The notes beneath the pieces were generated by a model. The model did not search any database, was not told the DNA's origin, and worked only from the letters and a program-made list of their open reading frames with translations. From Macrostomum lignano (taxonomy: Eukaryota), in the NCBI GenBank assembly GCA_002269645.1, contig NIVC01001238.1, positions 186,001 to 250,000 of the forward strand: DNA of 64,000 bases, read 5' to 3'. Position numbers and translations under genes: made by a program. Within the stretch, counting starts at the first letter, position 1. Every line of letters begins with the position of its first letter. This document shows, piece after piece, positions 45,501-57,919 of this stretch.

Positions 45501-48500
45501 CGGGATCGTTGCTGCAGCCGCTTGATCGTTGCCTCTAGCGCTTGGAACCCGCGAATCGGCTGCAGAGGTGAGAGCTTTCAGCCGCAACAGCTGTTCTCGG
45601 CGCAGAATCTGGTAGCCGAAGGTTGCTCTGCCACAGCACTGGCAGCAGGCAAGTCGCAGGCTCGGCTGCAGATAGATTGCTAATTGGCCCCAGCACTGGA
45701 GGGTACATGTCGTCTGCCTCTTCATCGTTTATCAGTCCTTTGCACAGAGGGTAGCTGGTCTATTTGAACGAGCCGAGGCAGCATCAACTCTTGGTGTGGG
45801 ATTGCGTCCCAGCGAAAACAGATGTCTTGCACATCCGTGGCACTTTGTAAGGCAGCAGTAGGCCTCGTCCATAAAGTGCAAGCTGAACACACGGAGGCCC
45901 CGTGATTTAATTGTTTATAAAGGTCAATATCCACGCTCCTGCAGTAGCTGCTGCCAGCGCTTCGCCAGTGTCATCTTTTGGTAATTTATGCATTCGCAAC
46001 GGATTTTTCTTTCTCGGATGTTAATAGCACTAGTACAAAGCTCGTGCAAGTGGGAGCACAGCAGTGGTTCGAATCAAAACATTTCTCGAGTACAAGATTA
46101 GATAGAAAAGCTAGTATGCACTCGAACTTTCTTTAACTCTGACTCTTGTCCTGTTCATCTATATAAGCTTGTATTTAAGCACGATTCGCCACCCCCAAAT
46201 TTTCTAACCCACAACCTCTCAACCCCCACCCCTAACCCAGGCTAGCTATGTGCAGTCCTTTATTTTCTATCCCACCACCAGTGGGCCTAAACCCCTAAAT
46301 TATCGATCCACTCACCCTGCCTTATACGAAACTGATATTAACCCTATTCCAGACTACCCCCCTTCCTCCACTTTGAAAGATAGCGGCATTGCACACTGTC
46401 TGTCGCGTCTTAATGTACACCATTACTGCACAAAACAAGTTAGTTGTTTATGGCGTTAGCAAAACGATGTCTTAAAAACAGTCACTCGATTTGTCTAATT
46501 TAGCAAATAATACTGTTGCTTCCTTTCATTGCTACTAAGCAGAAAGTAGAATAAAAAACTTGCCCAGAAAATTAGCCTGAGTGGCCTATCTAGTGTTTAT
46601 AGTATCTGTGGTTAAGACTGCCACAAATTGAGGCAACCTAGACCAAATCAATGGCCACCGTAACCTACTTGAAGTAGTCACTTAAGAGTAGAAATTATTT
46701 TGCAGATGTCGGCTTTATTTTGCGCAAAGCGGCCGCCATGGCAACCGTCTACCTGGACTACCAGAAAGCGGACGACGGCACCTGGATCATCGATTGGCAG
46801 CTCGCCTTCAAGAAAGGTCAAATCCGATTCCAACTGGGACAGGAGATCGACGCTGTGTTGCCCGACGATAGGAGCGTTAGGGTGAGTTGCAGCAGTCCAT
46901 CAGATTATAAATGCGCGCATGCTGGCTCCGCATTTGTGATTTGTTCCTCCTGTTTGGCTAGACTAGCAATCCATTCTACTCCTGCATCCATGATAGGCTA
47001 GATTAGCAATCCATTCTACTCCTGCATCCATGATAGGCTAGATTAGCAATCCATTCTACTCCTGCATCCATGATAGGCTAGACTAGCAATCCATTCTACT
47101 CCTGCATCCATGATAGGCTAGATTAGCAATCCATTCTACTCCTGCATCCATGATAGGCTAGATTAGCAATCCATTCTACTCCTGCATCCATGATAGGCTA
47201 GATTAACAATCTATTCTACTCCTGCATCCATGATAGGCTAGATTAGCAATCCATTCTATTCCTGCATCCATGATAGGCTAGATTAACAATCTATTCTACT
47301 CCTGCATCCATGATAGGCTAGATTAGCAATCCATTCTACTCCTGCATCCATGATAGGCTAGATTAGCAATCCATTCTATTCCTGCATCCATGATAGGCTA
47401 GATTAGCAATCCATTCTACTCCTGCATCAATGATAGGCTAGATTAACAATCTATTCTACTCCTGCATCCATGATAGGCTAGATTAGCAATCCATTCTATT
47501 CCTGCATCCATGATAGGCTAGATTAGCAATCTATTCTATTCCTGCATCAATGATAGGCTAGATTAGCAATCTATTCTACTCCTGCATCCATGATAGGCTA
47601 GATTAGCAATCCATTCTATTCCTGCATCCATGATAGGCTAGATTAGCAATCCATTCTACTCCTGCATCCATGATAGGCTAGATTAACAATCCATTCTACT
47701 CCTGCATCCATGATAGGCTAGATTAGCAATCCATTCTATTCCTGCATCCATGATAGGCTAGATTAGCAATCCATTCTATTCCTGCATCCATGATAGGCTA
47801 GATTAGCAATCCATTCTATTCCTGCATCCATGATAGGCTAGATTAGCAATCCATTCTACTCCTGCACCCATGATAGGCTAGATTAGCAATCTATTCTACT
47901 CCTGCATCCATGATAGGCTAGATTAGCAATCCATTCTACTCCTGCATCCATGATAGGCTAGACTAGCAATCCATTCTACTCCTGCATCCATGATAGGCTA
48001 GATTAGCAATCCATTCTATTCCTGCACCCATGATAGGCTAGATTAGCAATCCATTCTATTCCTGCATCCATGATAGGCTAGATTAGCAATCCATTCTATT
48101 CCTGCATCCATGATAGGCTAGATTAGCAATCCATTCTATTCCTGCATCCATGATAGGCTAGATTAGCAATCCATTCTATTCCTGCATCCATGATAGGCTA
48201 GGCTAGATTAGCAATCCATTCTATTCCTGCACCCATGATAGGCTAGATTAGCAATCCATTCTATTCCTGCATCCATGATAGGCTAGGCTAGATTAGCAAT
48301 CCATTCTATTCCTGCATCCATGATAGGCTAGATTAGCAATCCATTCTATTCCTGCATCCATGATAGGCTAGATTAGCAATCCATTCTATTCCTGCACCCA
48401 TGATAGGCTAGATTAGCAATCCATTGTATTCCTGCATCCATGATACGCTAGATTAGCAATCCATTCTATTCCTGCATCCATGATAGGCTAGATTAGCAAT

Positions 48501-49663
48501 CCATTCTACTCCTGCATCCATGATAGGCTAGATTAGCAATCCATTCTATTCCTGCATCCAAGACTGGCAAGATTAGCAATCCATTCTACTCCTTCCTTAA
48601 CCGCCATCTGCCAGCTGGTGCCGGACTTCGACCCAGCCACCGGGCGGTACTCGGAGCTGCAGAAGGGGAAGCCGCACGACGTGAAAGTAGAGCGGTGGAT
48701 CACCGAAGATGGAGAAATGCAGGAGGTGAGGCAGCGCATTGAATGATGCAGGTGGTTTCAGTGCATGCGGGTTCAAATTTGCGCTCCACTTCAACTTCAA
48801 CTGGTCGTTGAACTAATAGCAACTGAGGATCTGGGAGGCTGGCCCAGCAAATGAGGATCTGGGAGGCTGGGCCAGCAACTGAGGATCTGGGAGGCTGTGG
48901 CCCAGCAACTAAGGATCTGGAAGGCTGGCCCAGCAACTGAGGATCTGGGAGGCTGGCCCAGCAACTGAGGATCTGGGAGAGCAGTAGTGGTCAGCAAATG
49001 AGGATCTGGGAGGCTGGCCCAGCAACTGAGGATTGGGAGGCTGTGGCCCAGCAACTGAGGATCTGGGAGGCTGGCCCAGCAACTGAGGATCTGGGAGGCT
49101 GGCCCAGCAACTGAGGATCTGGGAGGCTGTGGCCCAGCAACTGAGGATCTGGGAGGCTAGCCCAGCAACTGAGGATCTGGGAGGCTGGCCCAGCAATTAA
49201 GGATCTGGGAGGCTGTGGCCCAGCAGTTGAGGATCTGGAAGGCTGGCCCAGCAACTGAGGATCTGGGAGGCTGGCCCAGCAACTGAGGATCTGGGAGGCT
49301 GGCCCAGCAACTGAGGATCTGGGAGGCTGGCCCAACAACTGAGGATCTGGGAGGCTGTGGCCCAGCAACTGAGGATCTGGAAGGCTGGCCCAGCAATTAA
49401 GGCTCTAGGAGGCTGGCCCAGCAACTGAGGATCTGGGAGGCTGGCCCAGCAACTGAGGATCTGGGAGGCTGGCCCAGCAACTGAGGATCTGGGAGGCTGG
49501 CCCAGCAACTGAGGATCTGGGAGGCTGGTATCACGGATTACTCAATCTTGATCTCGCCGAGCCAAAGTACCTGCTCACAAACAATCACAATTGGCCTCTA
49601 TTTCAGCTGGTGAAAATCATCGACAAGGACGTTCAATACACCAGAGTCTATGAACGATATTAG
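42572..49663 (+). CDS. Fatty acid-binding protein (FABP/iLBP family), 137 aa; exons 42572-42641, 46706-46881, 48615-48725, 49607-49663
   Basis: [23 protein letters not shown]|[10 protein letters not shown]...[26 protein letters not shown]|...[22 protein letters not shown]|[18 protein letters not shown]. GxW and ENFD motifs, a terminal RxY ligand motif, and the 4-exon layout with phases 1, 0, 0 typical of FABP genes. Confidence 0.9.
42780..44460. repeat. Complex satellite with a 20-bp core (GAGAGAAGTAGACACGGATT) and higher-order blocks of about 430-530 bp
   Basis: The marker block AACAGAGATTTATAGAAGTAGACAAAAATT recurs at ~42860, 43385 and 43812, with a variant at ~44333. Confidence 0.95.
44474..46610 (-). 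mobile_element. Internally deleted P-element-like (THAP) DNA transposon, 2137 bp, 8-bp TSD GTTAAGAC
   Basis: 32-bp perfect TIR CACAGATACTATAAACACTAGATAGGCCACTC; TSD at 44466-44473 and 46611-46618; empty site at ~50685. Frameshifted THAP remnants [30 protein letters not shown] (~45800-46075) and a P-transposase-like [13 protein letters not shown] (~45000). Confidence 0.8.
45177..45530. repeat. 40-bp tandem repeat inside the P-like element, about 8 copies
   Basis: Unit TGCCGCTGCAGCCGCTTGATTTGCCTGTCGCTTTCGGGAT. Confidence 0.95.
46962..48590. repeat. 40-bp minisatellite in FABP intron 2 (GATTAGCAATCCATTCTACTCCTGCATCCATGATAGGCTA)
   Basis: About 40 copies; a shorter duplicate array lies at 51010-51805. 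Confidence 0.95.
48822..49527. repeat. 28-bp minisatellite in FABP intron 3 (GGCCCAGCAACTGAGGATCTGGGAGGCT)
   Basis: The same family occurs at 52035-52503 and 53935-54443. Confidence 0.95.
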
Positions 49664-50084
49664 CGAGCCCGTGAGCGACTTTGCTGCCGAGAACCTGTCA
49701 CCTTCTGTCTGTCTGTCAATCAATTTGCAATCGCACCACACCAAAACATTTTTAACGACCCAAATTCAAGAACTAATAAATTCCATCGCCATTTCTAAGA
49801 AATATACAAATAAGGGAATTAGAAACATGTCACGTGACAACTGATTGAGCTCATACTCTAATGCTACTACTCGGAAGCATATATAACCATAATGTTCTCT
49901 ACATTTTTTCGTTTACTAGCAGCGAAATAAGCATATAGGCATAATAATTCAATATAAATCATCGTAGAAACGACACTGGCAGTCCAAGCCAGTGCTTTAT
50001 TATCGTTATAACAAACTGCTCAGTGCAGTTTGCGCTCAGAACGGTGGTCTGCCTGAGGCAGCTCCGCAGCCAGCTAGCTCCAAC

Positions 50085-50157
50085 TCAGTAGAAGAACTTG
50101 TAGATGAAGAAGGCCGCCACCGCCAGGCCGATGGGAACCAGCAAGCCGATCACGGAG
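50085..50157 (-). other. Duplicated terminal exon of cytochrome b5 (membrane anchor)
   Basis: Same coding sequence as 53065-53137 ([23 protein letters not shown]), with an intact acceptor. Confidence 0.85.
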
Positions 50158-50201
50158 CTGCCGGGTGGCGGGTAGGTGACAGAGTGATGTACATACAGAA
50201 T

Positions 50202-53184
50202 GTAGACACGGATTGAGCGGTAGACATGTTTTGAGAGAAGTAGACACGGATTGAGAGAAGTAGACACGGATTGAGCGGTAGACATGTTTTGAGAGAAGTA
50301 GATACGGATTGAGAGAGGTAGACACGGATTGAGAGAAGTAGACACGGATTGAGCGGTAGACATGTTTTGAGAGAAGTAGATACGGATTGAGAGAGGTAGA
50401 CACGGATTGAGAGAAGTAGACACGAATTGAGAGAGGTAGACACGGATTGAGAGAAGTAGACACGGATTGAGCGGTAGACATGTTTTGAGAGAAGTAGATA
50501 CGGATTGAGAGAAGTAGACACGGATTGAGAGTAGACACGAACTGAGAGAGGTAAACACATTTATAGAAGTAGACAAAAATTAGGAGGAGTAGATAAGAAT
50601 TGGGAGAGGTAGACGCGGATTGAGCGGTAGACATGGATTGAGAGAAGTAGATACGGATTGAGAGATACGAATTGAGAAGTGAATAGTTAAGACTGCCACA
50701 AATTGAGGCCACCGTAACCTACTTGAAGTAGTCACTTAAGAGTAGAAATTATTTTGCAGATGTCGGCTTTATTTTGCGCAAAGCGGCCGCCATGGCAACC
50801 GTCTACCTGGACTACCAGAAAGCGGACGACGGCACCTGGATCATCGATTGGCAGCTCGCCTTCAAGAAAGGTCAAATCCGATTCCAACTGGGACAGGAGA
50901 TCGACGCTGTGTTGCCCGACGATAGGAGCGTTAGGGTGAGTTGCAGCAGTCCATCAGATTATAAATGCGCGCATGCTGGCTCCGCATTTGTGATTTGTTC
51001 CTCCTGTTTGGCTAGACTAGCAATCCATTCTACTCCTGCATCCATGATAGGCTAGATTAGCAATCCATTCTACTCCTGCATCCATGATAGGCTAGACTAG
51101 CAATCCATTCTACTCCTGCATCCATGATAGGCTAGACTAGCAATCCATTCTACTCCTGCATCCATGATAGGCTAGATTAGCAATCCATTCTACTCCTGCA
51201 TCCATGATAGGCTAGATTAGCAATCCATTCTATTCCTGCACCCATGATAGGCTAGATTAGCAATCCATTCTATTCCTGCATCCATGATAGGCTAGATTAG
51301 CAATCCATTCTATTCCTGCATCCATGATAGGCTAGATTAGCAATCCATTCTATTCCTGCACCCATGATAGGCTAGATTAGCAATCCATTCTATTCCTGCA
51401 TCCATGATAGGCTAGGCTAGATTAGCAATCCATTCTATTCCTGCACCCATGATAGGCTAGATTAGCAATCCATTCTATTCCTGCATCCATGATAGGCTAG
51501 GCTAGATTAGCAATCCATTCTATTCCTGCATCCATGATAGGCTAGATTAGCAATCCATTCTATTCCTGCATCCATGATAGGCTAGATTAGCAATCCATTC
51601 TATTCCTGCACCCATGATAGGCTAGATTAGCAATCCATTGTATTCCTGCATCCATGATACGCTAGATTAGCAATCCATTCTATTCCTGCATCCATGATAG
51701 GCTAGATTAGCAATCCATTCTACTCCTGCATCCATGATAGGCTAGATTAGCAATCCATTCTATTCCTGCATCCAAGACTGGCAAGATTAGCAATCCATTC
51801 TACTCCTTCCTTAACCGCCATCTGCCAGCTGGTGCCGGACTTCGACCCAGCCACCGGGCGGTACTCGGAGCTGCAGAAGGGGAAGCCGCACGACGTGAAA
51901 GTAGAGCGGTGGATCACCGAAGATGGAGAAATGCAGGAGGTGAGGCAGCGCATTGAATGATGCAGGTGGTTTCAGTGCATGCGGGTTCAAATTTGCGCTC
52001 CACTTCAACTTCAACTGGTCGTTGAACTAATAGCAACTGAGGATCTGGGAGGCTGGCCCAGCAACTGAGGATCTGGGAGGCTGGCCCAGCAACTGAGGAT
52101 CTGGAAGGCTGGCCCAGCAACTGAGGATCTGGAAGGCTGGCCCAGCAACTGAGGATCTGGGAGGCTGGCCCAGCAACTGAGGATTGGGAGGCTGTGGCCC
52201 AGCAACTGAGGATCTGGAAGGCTGGCCCAGCAATTAAGGCTCTAGGAGGCTGGCCCAGCAACTCAGGATCTGGGAGGCTGGCTTAGCAACTGAGGATCTG
52301 GGAGGCTGGCCCAGCAACTGAGGATCTGGGAGGCTGGCCCAGCAACTGAGGATCTGGGAGGCTGGCCCAGCAACTGAGGATCTGGGAGGCTGGCCCAGCA
52401 ATTAAGGATCTGGGAGGCTGGCCCAGCAACTGATGATCTGGAAGCTGGCCCAGCAACTGAGGATCTGGGAGGCTGGCCCAGCAACTGGGGATCTGGGAGG
52501 CTGGTATCACGGATTACTCAATCTTGATCTCGCCGAGCCAAAGTACCTGCTCACAAACAATCACAATTGGCCTCCATTTCAGCTGGTGAAAATCATCGAC
52601 AAGGACGTTCAATACACCAGAGTCTATGTACGATATTAGCGAGCCCGTGAGCGACTTTGCTGCCAAGAACCTGTCACCTTCTGTCTGTCTGTGAATCAAT
52701 TTACAATCGCACCGCACCATAACATTTTTAACGACCCAAATTCAAGAACTAATAAATTCCATCGCCATTTCTAATAAATATACAAATAAGGGAATTAGAA
52801 ACATGTCACGTGACAACTGATTGAGCTCATACTCTAATGCTACTAATCGGAAGCATATATAACCATAATGTTCTCTACATTTTTTCGTTTACTAGCAGCG
52901 AAATAAGCATATAGGCATAATAATTCAATATAAATCATCGTAGAAACGACACTGGCAGTCCAAGCCAGTGCTTTATTATCGTTATAAAAAACTGCTCAGT
53001 GCGGTTGGCGCTCAGAACGGCGGTCTGCCTGAGGCAGCTCCGCAGCCAGCCAGCCAGCTCCAACTCAGTAGAAGAACTTGTAGATGAAGAAGGCCGCCAC
53101 CGCCAGGCCGATGGGAACCAGCAAGCCGATCACGGAGCTGCCGGGTGGCGGGTAGGTGACAGAGTGATGTACATACAGAATGTA
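50202..53184. repeat. Second copy of a tandem segmental duplication (first copy about 44000-50204)
   Basis: Order in both copies: satellite tail, FABP exons 2-4, intergenic DNA, CYB5 last exon. The junction at 50202-50204 (CAGAATGTA|GACACGG) has GTA microhomology. Confidence 0.9.
50760..52639 (+). CDS. FABP exons 2-4, duplicate lacking its own exon 1: 50760-50935, 51829-51939, 52583-52639
   Basis: Exons 2 and 3 match copy A; exon 4 ends RVYVRY instead of RVYERY; splice sites intact. Confidence 0.8.
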
Positions 53185-56100
53185 AACTCATGTAAAATGT
53201 GCACTCACACAGAAAGTGCACTTATAGAAAATGTGCACTCACACAGAATGTGCACTCACACAGAATGTGCACTCACACAGAATGTGCACTCACACAGAGT
53301 GTGCACTCACACAGAATGTGCACTCACACAGAATGTGCACTCACACAGAGTGTGCACTCACACAGAATGTGCACTCACACAGAATGTGCACTCACACAGT
53401 GTGCACTCACACAGAATGTGCACTTATAGAAAATGTGCACTCACACAGAATGTGCACTCACACAGAATGTGCACTCACACAGAATGTGCACTCACACAGA
53501 ATGTGCACTCACACAGAATGTGCACTCACACAGAATGTGCACTCACACAGAATGTGCACTCACACAGAATGTGCACTCACACAGAATGTGCACTCACACA
53601 GAATGTGCACTCACACAGAATGTGCACTTACACCGCTCAATCCCAGTCCTCCTTCAACTCACCCGGGGCCCGAAGATTTGCCGGCAGACTCTGAGCTCGG
53701 CTTGCTTGGCTTCGGCTCCTTCTCCACCACCTCGCCGATCAGGTACTTGGCCATGAGCTCCCGGGCGTCCGTCGAGTGGCCGACGTCTTCGAACGGCTCG
53801 GTCGCGTAGCCGCCCGCCTGCTCCAGCAGGACCTCCTCGCCGCCAGGGTGCTGCGGAGTGTTTTAGTCAGCGATTGTGATAGTAAATTATGATCATGTGC
53901 GCACAGCGGCTGGGACCTGCGGTCTGGGGTGGTGATGGCCCAGCAACCGAGGATCTGACAGACTTGCCTAGCAACTGAGGATTGGGAGGCTGTGGCCCAG
54001 CAACTGAGGATCTGGAAGGCTGGCCCAGCAACTGAGGATCTGGGAGGCTGTGGCCCAGCAACTGAGGATCTGGGAGAGCAGTAGTGGTCAGCAAATGAGG
54101 ATCTGGGAGGCTGGCCCAGCAACTGAGGATTGGGAGGCTGTGGCCCAGCAACTGAGGATCTGGGAGGCTGGCCCAGCAACTGAGGATCTGGGAGGCTGGC
54201 CCAGCAACTGAGGATCTGGGAGAGCAGTAGTGGTCAGCAAATGAGGATCTGGGAGGCTGGCCCAGCAACTGAGGATTGGGAGGCTGTGGCCCAGCAACTG
54301 AGGATCTGGGAGGCTGGCCCAGCAACTGAGGATCTGGGAGGCTGGCCCAGCAACTGAGGATCTGGGAGAGCAGTAGTGGTCAGCAAATGAGGATCTGGGA
54401 GGCTGGCCCAGCAACTGAGGATCTGGGAGGCTGTGGCCCAGCAAAGGCCGTAGATAGGTCAGCACAAAAGGCTGCAGAGAAAATGCCAGGACTGACCAGT
54501 AAGCACAGGAGAGACAGACAGAGAGAATGAGCGGCCAAACAAGCGGACAATGAAATTTCGTTTGAAGGGCAGTCGCCTTTCGTTTTTTAACACTCTTTCC
54601 ACGAGGACACTGAAGGTCATATGAATGGAACTGGCCTGTTAACAGTACTGCACAATTAGTTTTGCTGTGTACTTGTAGATTCAAGTACAGCTCATATGCA
54701 GGGTACAGATGGAAACTCTACAGTAGCACTGAGCTCTGTTACAAATATGCATGTCCCTAATTCACTTCATAACAAAGCTTTAACAAGATCTGTGGCATAG
54801 ATAGAGTTAGTGGAATGGCCAAGTTATTGCTTTTATAAGGGATTCTTCTTGGGGATCATGGCTTTGGGATTATATGACAGATAAAATAAATAGAACTTAT
54901 TCATTTTTGTTTATCTAAAGACCTATTCATGCCTAAAATATAATGGCAGTAGCGTAGCTAGGGGGGATATAGGAATATATCCCCTCCCCCATTTTGATGA
55001 TTTATAGGAAACGAAAATGAGGTTTTAAAAAAAGCAAAATAAAGCAGCTTTGACTTAGCAAAATTGCCTAAAATTGGCCTATTTAACTTGTATATTACTA
55101 ATAAAATGTTTTAAATGATATTTCCACAAATTCCTAGTTCCTAAAATGCTCTAGTCAGGATAGATATCTGATAGCTTCATTCTGATTTTAACAAAGTAAA
55201 GTTTTTTAGCCAATTTTATTATTTTTTAAATGCATATTTTAAGCAAAAATGCAAAAAAACTATTTTATTAGTCTGTAATTTTGTCCCTAAAAGTTATCCC
55301 CCCTTTTGAAAATCTTAGCTACACCATTGTATAATGGTCACTGATCTTTACTTATACTTATAAATTTTTTATAGTTGGAAGAATTTAAAAATTAAATATT
55401 ATAAGATCCATTTAGAAATCAATATTGATATCTTTGCATAAATAATCATAAACAAAGATCTATTAGTATAATCTAAAAATTCTAGTAATTTGGTTCAAAG
55501 CAATCAATAATGACTTTAAACTAGTTAAATTAAAATACAATAATTACTTTACTTTTAATTACTTTTAATTTTATTAGACTAGGCTTTACTAGTTTCTATG
55601 CGCTTTCTAAGTAGCAATAAATTATTGCATAGATAGAAGTTACAAATATTTAAAAATAAAATATGGAGACATAATAAAAAAGATATTATACTATACAATT
55701 AAAACTTAATGCAGCATATTAAGCAGTTGTATAAATTGATTAATCTTTATAATTATGTTTTATAAATCTTTTCCAAGCCAGAATCTAGACTAACATTTCT
55801 AATATTAATTGATTATTTATTAATTAGAAAAGATGTATTTTATTAATTGGTAGGCCTATACAATGTAGTTCTCTAGATAGATAGATATTTTTATCCAAAT
55901 TGACTTAGATTTCTGATTGCAAAATAGTATAGTATAGATCAGGACAAATCAACTGCTTTTAGAAAAAAGTAACATTGCATACTACTTCAAATCAAATTGA
56001 TTGCTTTTAATGGTATAGGCCTAAAACTAATCAGTAATCACTAAGAATCAGTTACAAGAGATAAAACTGATTAATGTAGCATTATGAGATAATTTTATAC

Positions 56101-56457
56101 AACTCTTCATAATAGCAGTCTTGAAGTGAGTTAAGCTTTTGTGTTTCTGCACATTTTATCAAGCCAAGAAAGAAATCCAAAGGATGACTTTAATGACTGC
56201 CCTTATTACAATCTTTAACTACTACTAGGTCTACCCTGTTGTTGGCTTTTACTTTGTGAATCTAAAGTTCTTACTCTAGAAGTAATAAATTTTTTACTAG
56301 CTTGCACTCAATGAAAATCTATATTATGGCGCAGCTCACTTACCTCTTCAATAAACTTCGTGACATCATACACTTTGTCGTTGATCACCAGCCAACAGCT
56401 TTCTGATGATTTGTGGGCAGCAATTTCTTGCATTGAGATCTGACGCAGTGAAGACAT
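53065..56457 (-). CDS. CYB5: Cytochrome b5, membrane-anchored, 124 aa; exons 56344-56457, 53663-53850, 53065-53137
   Basis: [38 protein letters not shown]|[41 protein letters not shown]... Both heme-ligand histidines (HPGG, GHS) are present, plus a C-terminal TM segment; splice phases are consistent. Confidence 0.95.
53200..53632. repeat. 17-bp minisatellite in CYB5 intron 2 (GTGCACTCACACAGAAT)
   Basis: Directly visible. Confidence 0.95.
53935..54443. repeat. 28-bp minisatellite in CYB5 intron 1, same family as FABP intron 3
   Basis: Same unit and the same variant insert GAGCAGTAGTGGTCAGCAAATGAGG. Confidence 0.95.
54947..55329. mobile_element. hAT-like MITE (383 bp) with perfect 8-bp TSD TATAATGG
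   Basis: Left end CAGTAGCGTAGCTAG; right end (reverse complement) CAATGGTGTAGCTAAG; TSD at 54939-54946 and 55330-55337. Confidence 0.8.
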
Positions 56458-57919
56458 AGTGGTAAATTCAGTTAAACCTTATGAAACAGAATTCAATAGC
56501 AAATCGACAGTTGTGAAAAAGTAAATCAGTGCAGCTTGCTGCCGTGCTCGAGCAGTTAGTGTGATAAGTTTGGATTCGAAGAAAATAGTAATTTAAATCA
56601 ATGGTTTATCTTCATTTGCGTGGTAGTTCCGTTTATTACAAAAAGATCCAGAGTTCTCTTTAGAAGAAGTAAAATTGGCATTATCAAATTTGGTTTGTTT
56701 ATTTCCGACATGTTTTCACTATATTAGTTATCTTCAGGGAAGCAAGTTTATTTAGATTATTATTGAATAAATTATTCAAGTCAGACTGGCACCGATCAAT
56801 AATCTTAAAGTGATCGATCTACTCACTGTCACAAAATTGTTTGCAAACCTAACCTGCTGAAGATCCCGAATAGCAGATCGTTCTAACCTATGCTCCTTTA
56901 CCTTAAGTGCAGTGGTGGTGCAGGCGGGGGCAGTTCTATCAGAGCCTGTCCGACGTGCCCTACGCCAAGAAGTCCTTGGAGGTGAAAAGCGATGTGCGCA
57001 GCAGCAGGAAGGCCATATTCAGGTGCGGTACTGTTGGCTGATGCTGGCTTGTCTTTCATCCACGCCATTGTCCGCGCGGGTTTCAGTCCCACACTCTCAT
57101 CCATTCTCCCTCTATCTCGCTCATCTCGCCATCTTAATTACCCATAGGCTGTCGGACGAGTCGGGCTAGCTGCAGTACTCGCTGGTCTTCGAGGGCAAAT
57201 GCCCCAGGTCCATGATCAATGAGGATGTAAGTGTGACTTAAGCTCTTAGCTACCTTATGAATAGCATGGTCTCATCACAGAATTGACTATATCCCCGGAC
57301 AGGATGTGTACATCATCGACACGGGCGTGGAAATTATATCGTTCCCGATCAAAAAGAAGTTGTCTTAAGACGTCTTAGAATAGTCTTAAGATGGCTAAAG
57401 ACACCTCAAGACAATTTCAAGATATCTTCCACTTTGCTTCCACAAGCTATCCTGATTAAGTTGTCTTGAAGATGACTTGAAATTGACTTTTATGAGATGT
57501 CTTGTTGAAGACATCTTTAAGACATCACCTTAAAGACTAAAAATTTACATAAACAACTGTTTCTACTGTAAGTAGGAAGTTTCAGATACAAATTTATCTA
57601 GATCGTTAAAATCAATAAAAAATAAAACAAGCAACTATTGTGACATTTATCAAAAAATTTTGTTGTATTGTAGTCTGTGGAAGGTGTGCCTATTATTAAA
57701 AATCCTTTACGCTTTTGGAGTGCAATTATATGCAATTTTTTGTATTGAGTCGTTGCAAACTCTGAGACAAAGTTTAACTACAACAGTTTTGATTGGAGTA
57801 AATATATTTACAAAATTCTAAACAGCAAAGCATTAAAAAAGACTAAGTTGCAATATATATCGGTGATGCTTTTGTTAAAAACAGCTAAAATCAATATGGC
57901 GGAACGACATTTTTAAAAA

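Noticed and set aside
46733-46746. X-box-like GCCGCCATGGCAAC
   Set aside because: It lies within FABP coding exon 2 (Ala-Ala-Met-Ala-Thr) and only the right half matches.
15192-54684. Dozens of long periodic ORFs (for example [59 protein letters not shown] repeats)
   Set aside because: They are translations of intronic minisatellites; unit lengths are often not multiples of three and several frames are open at once.
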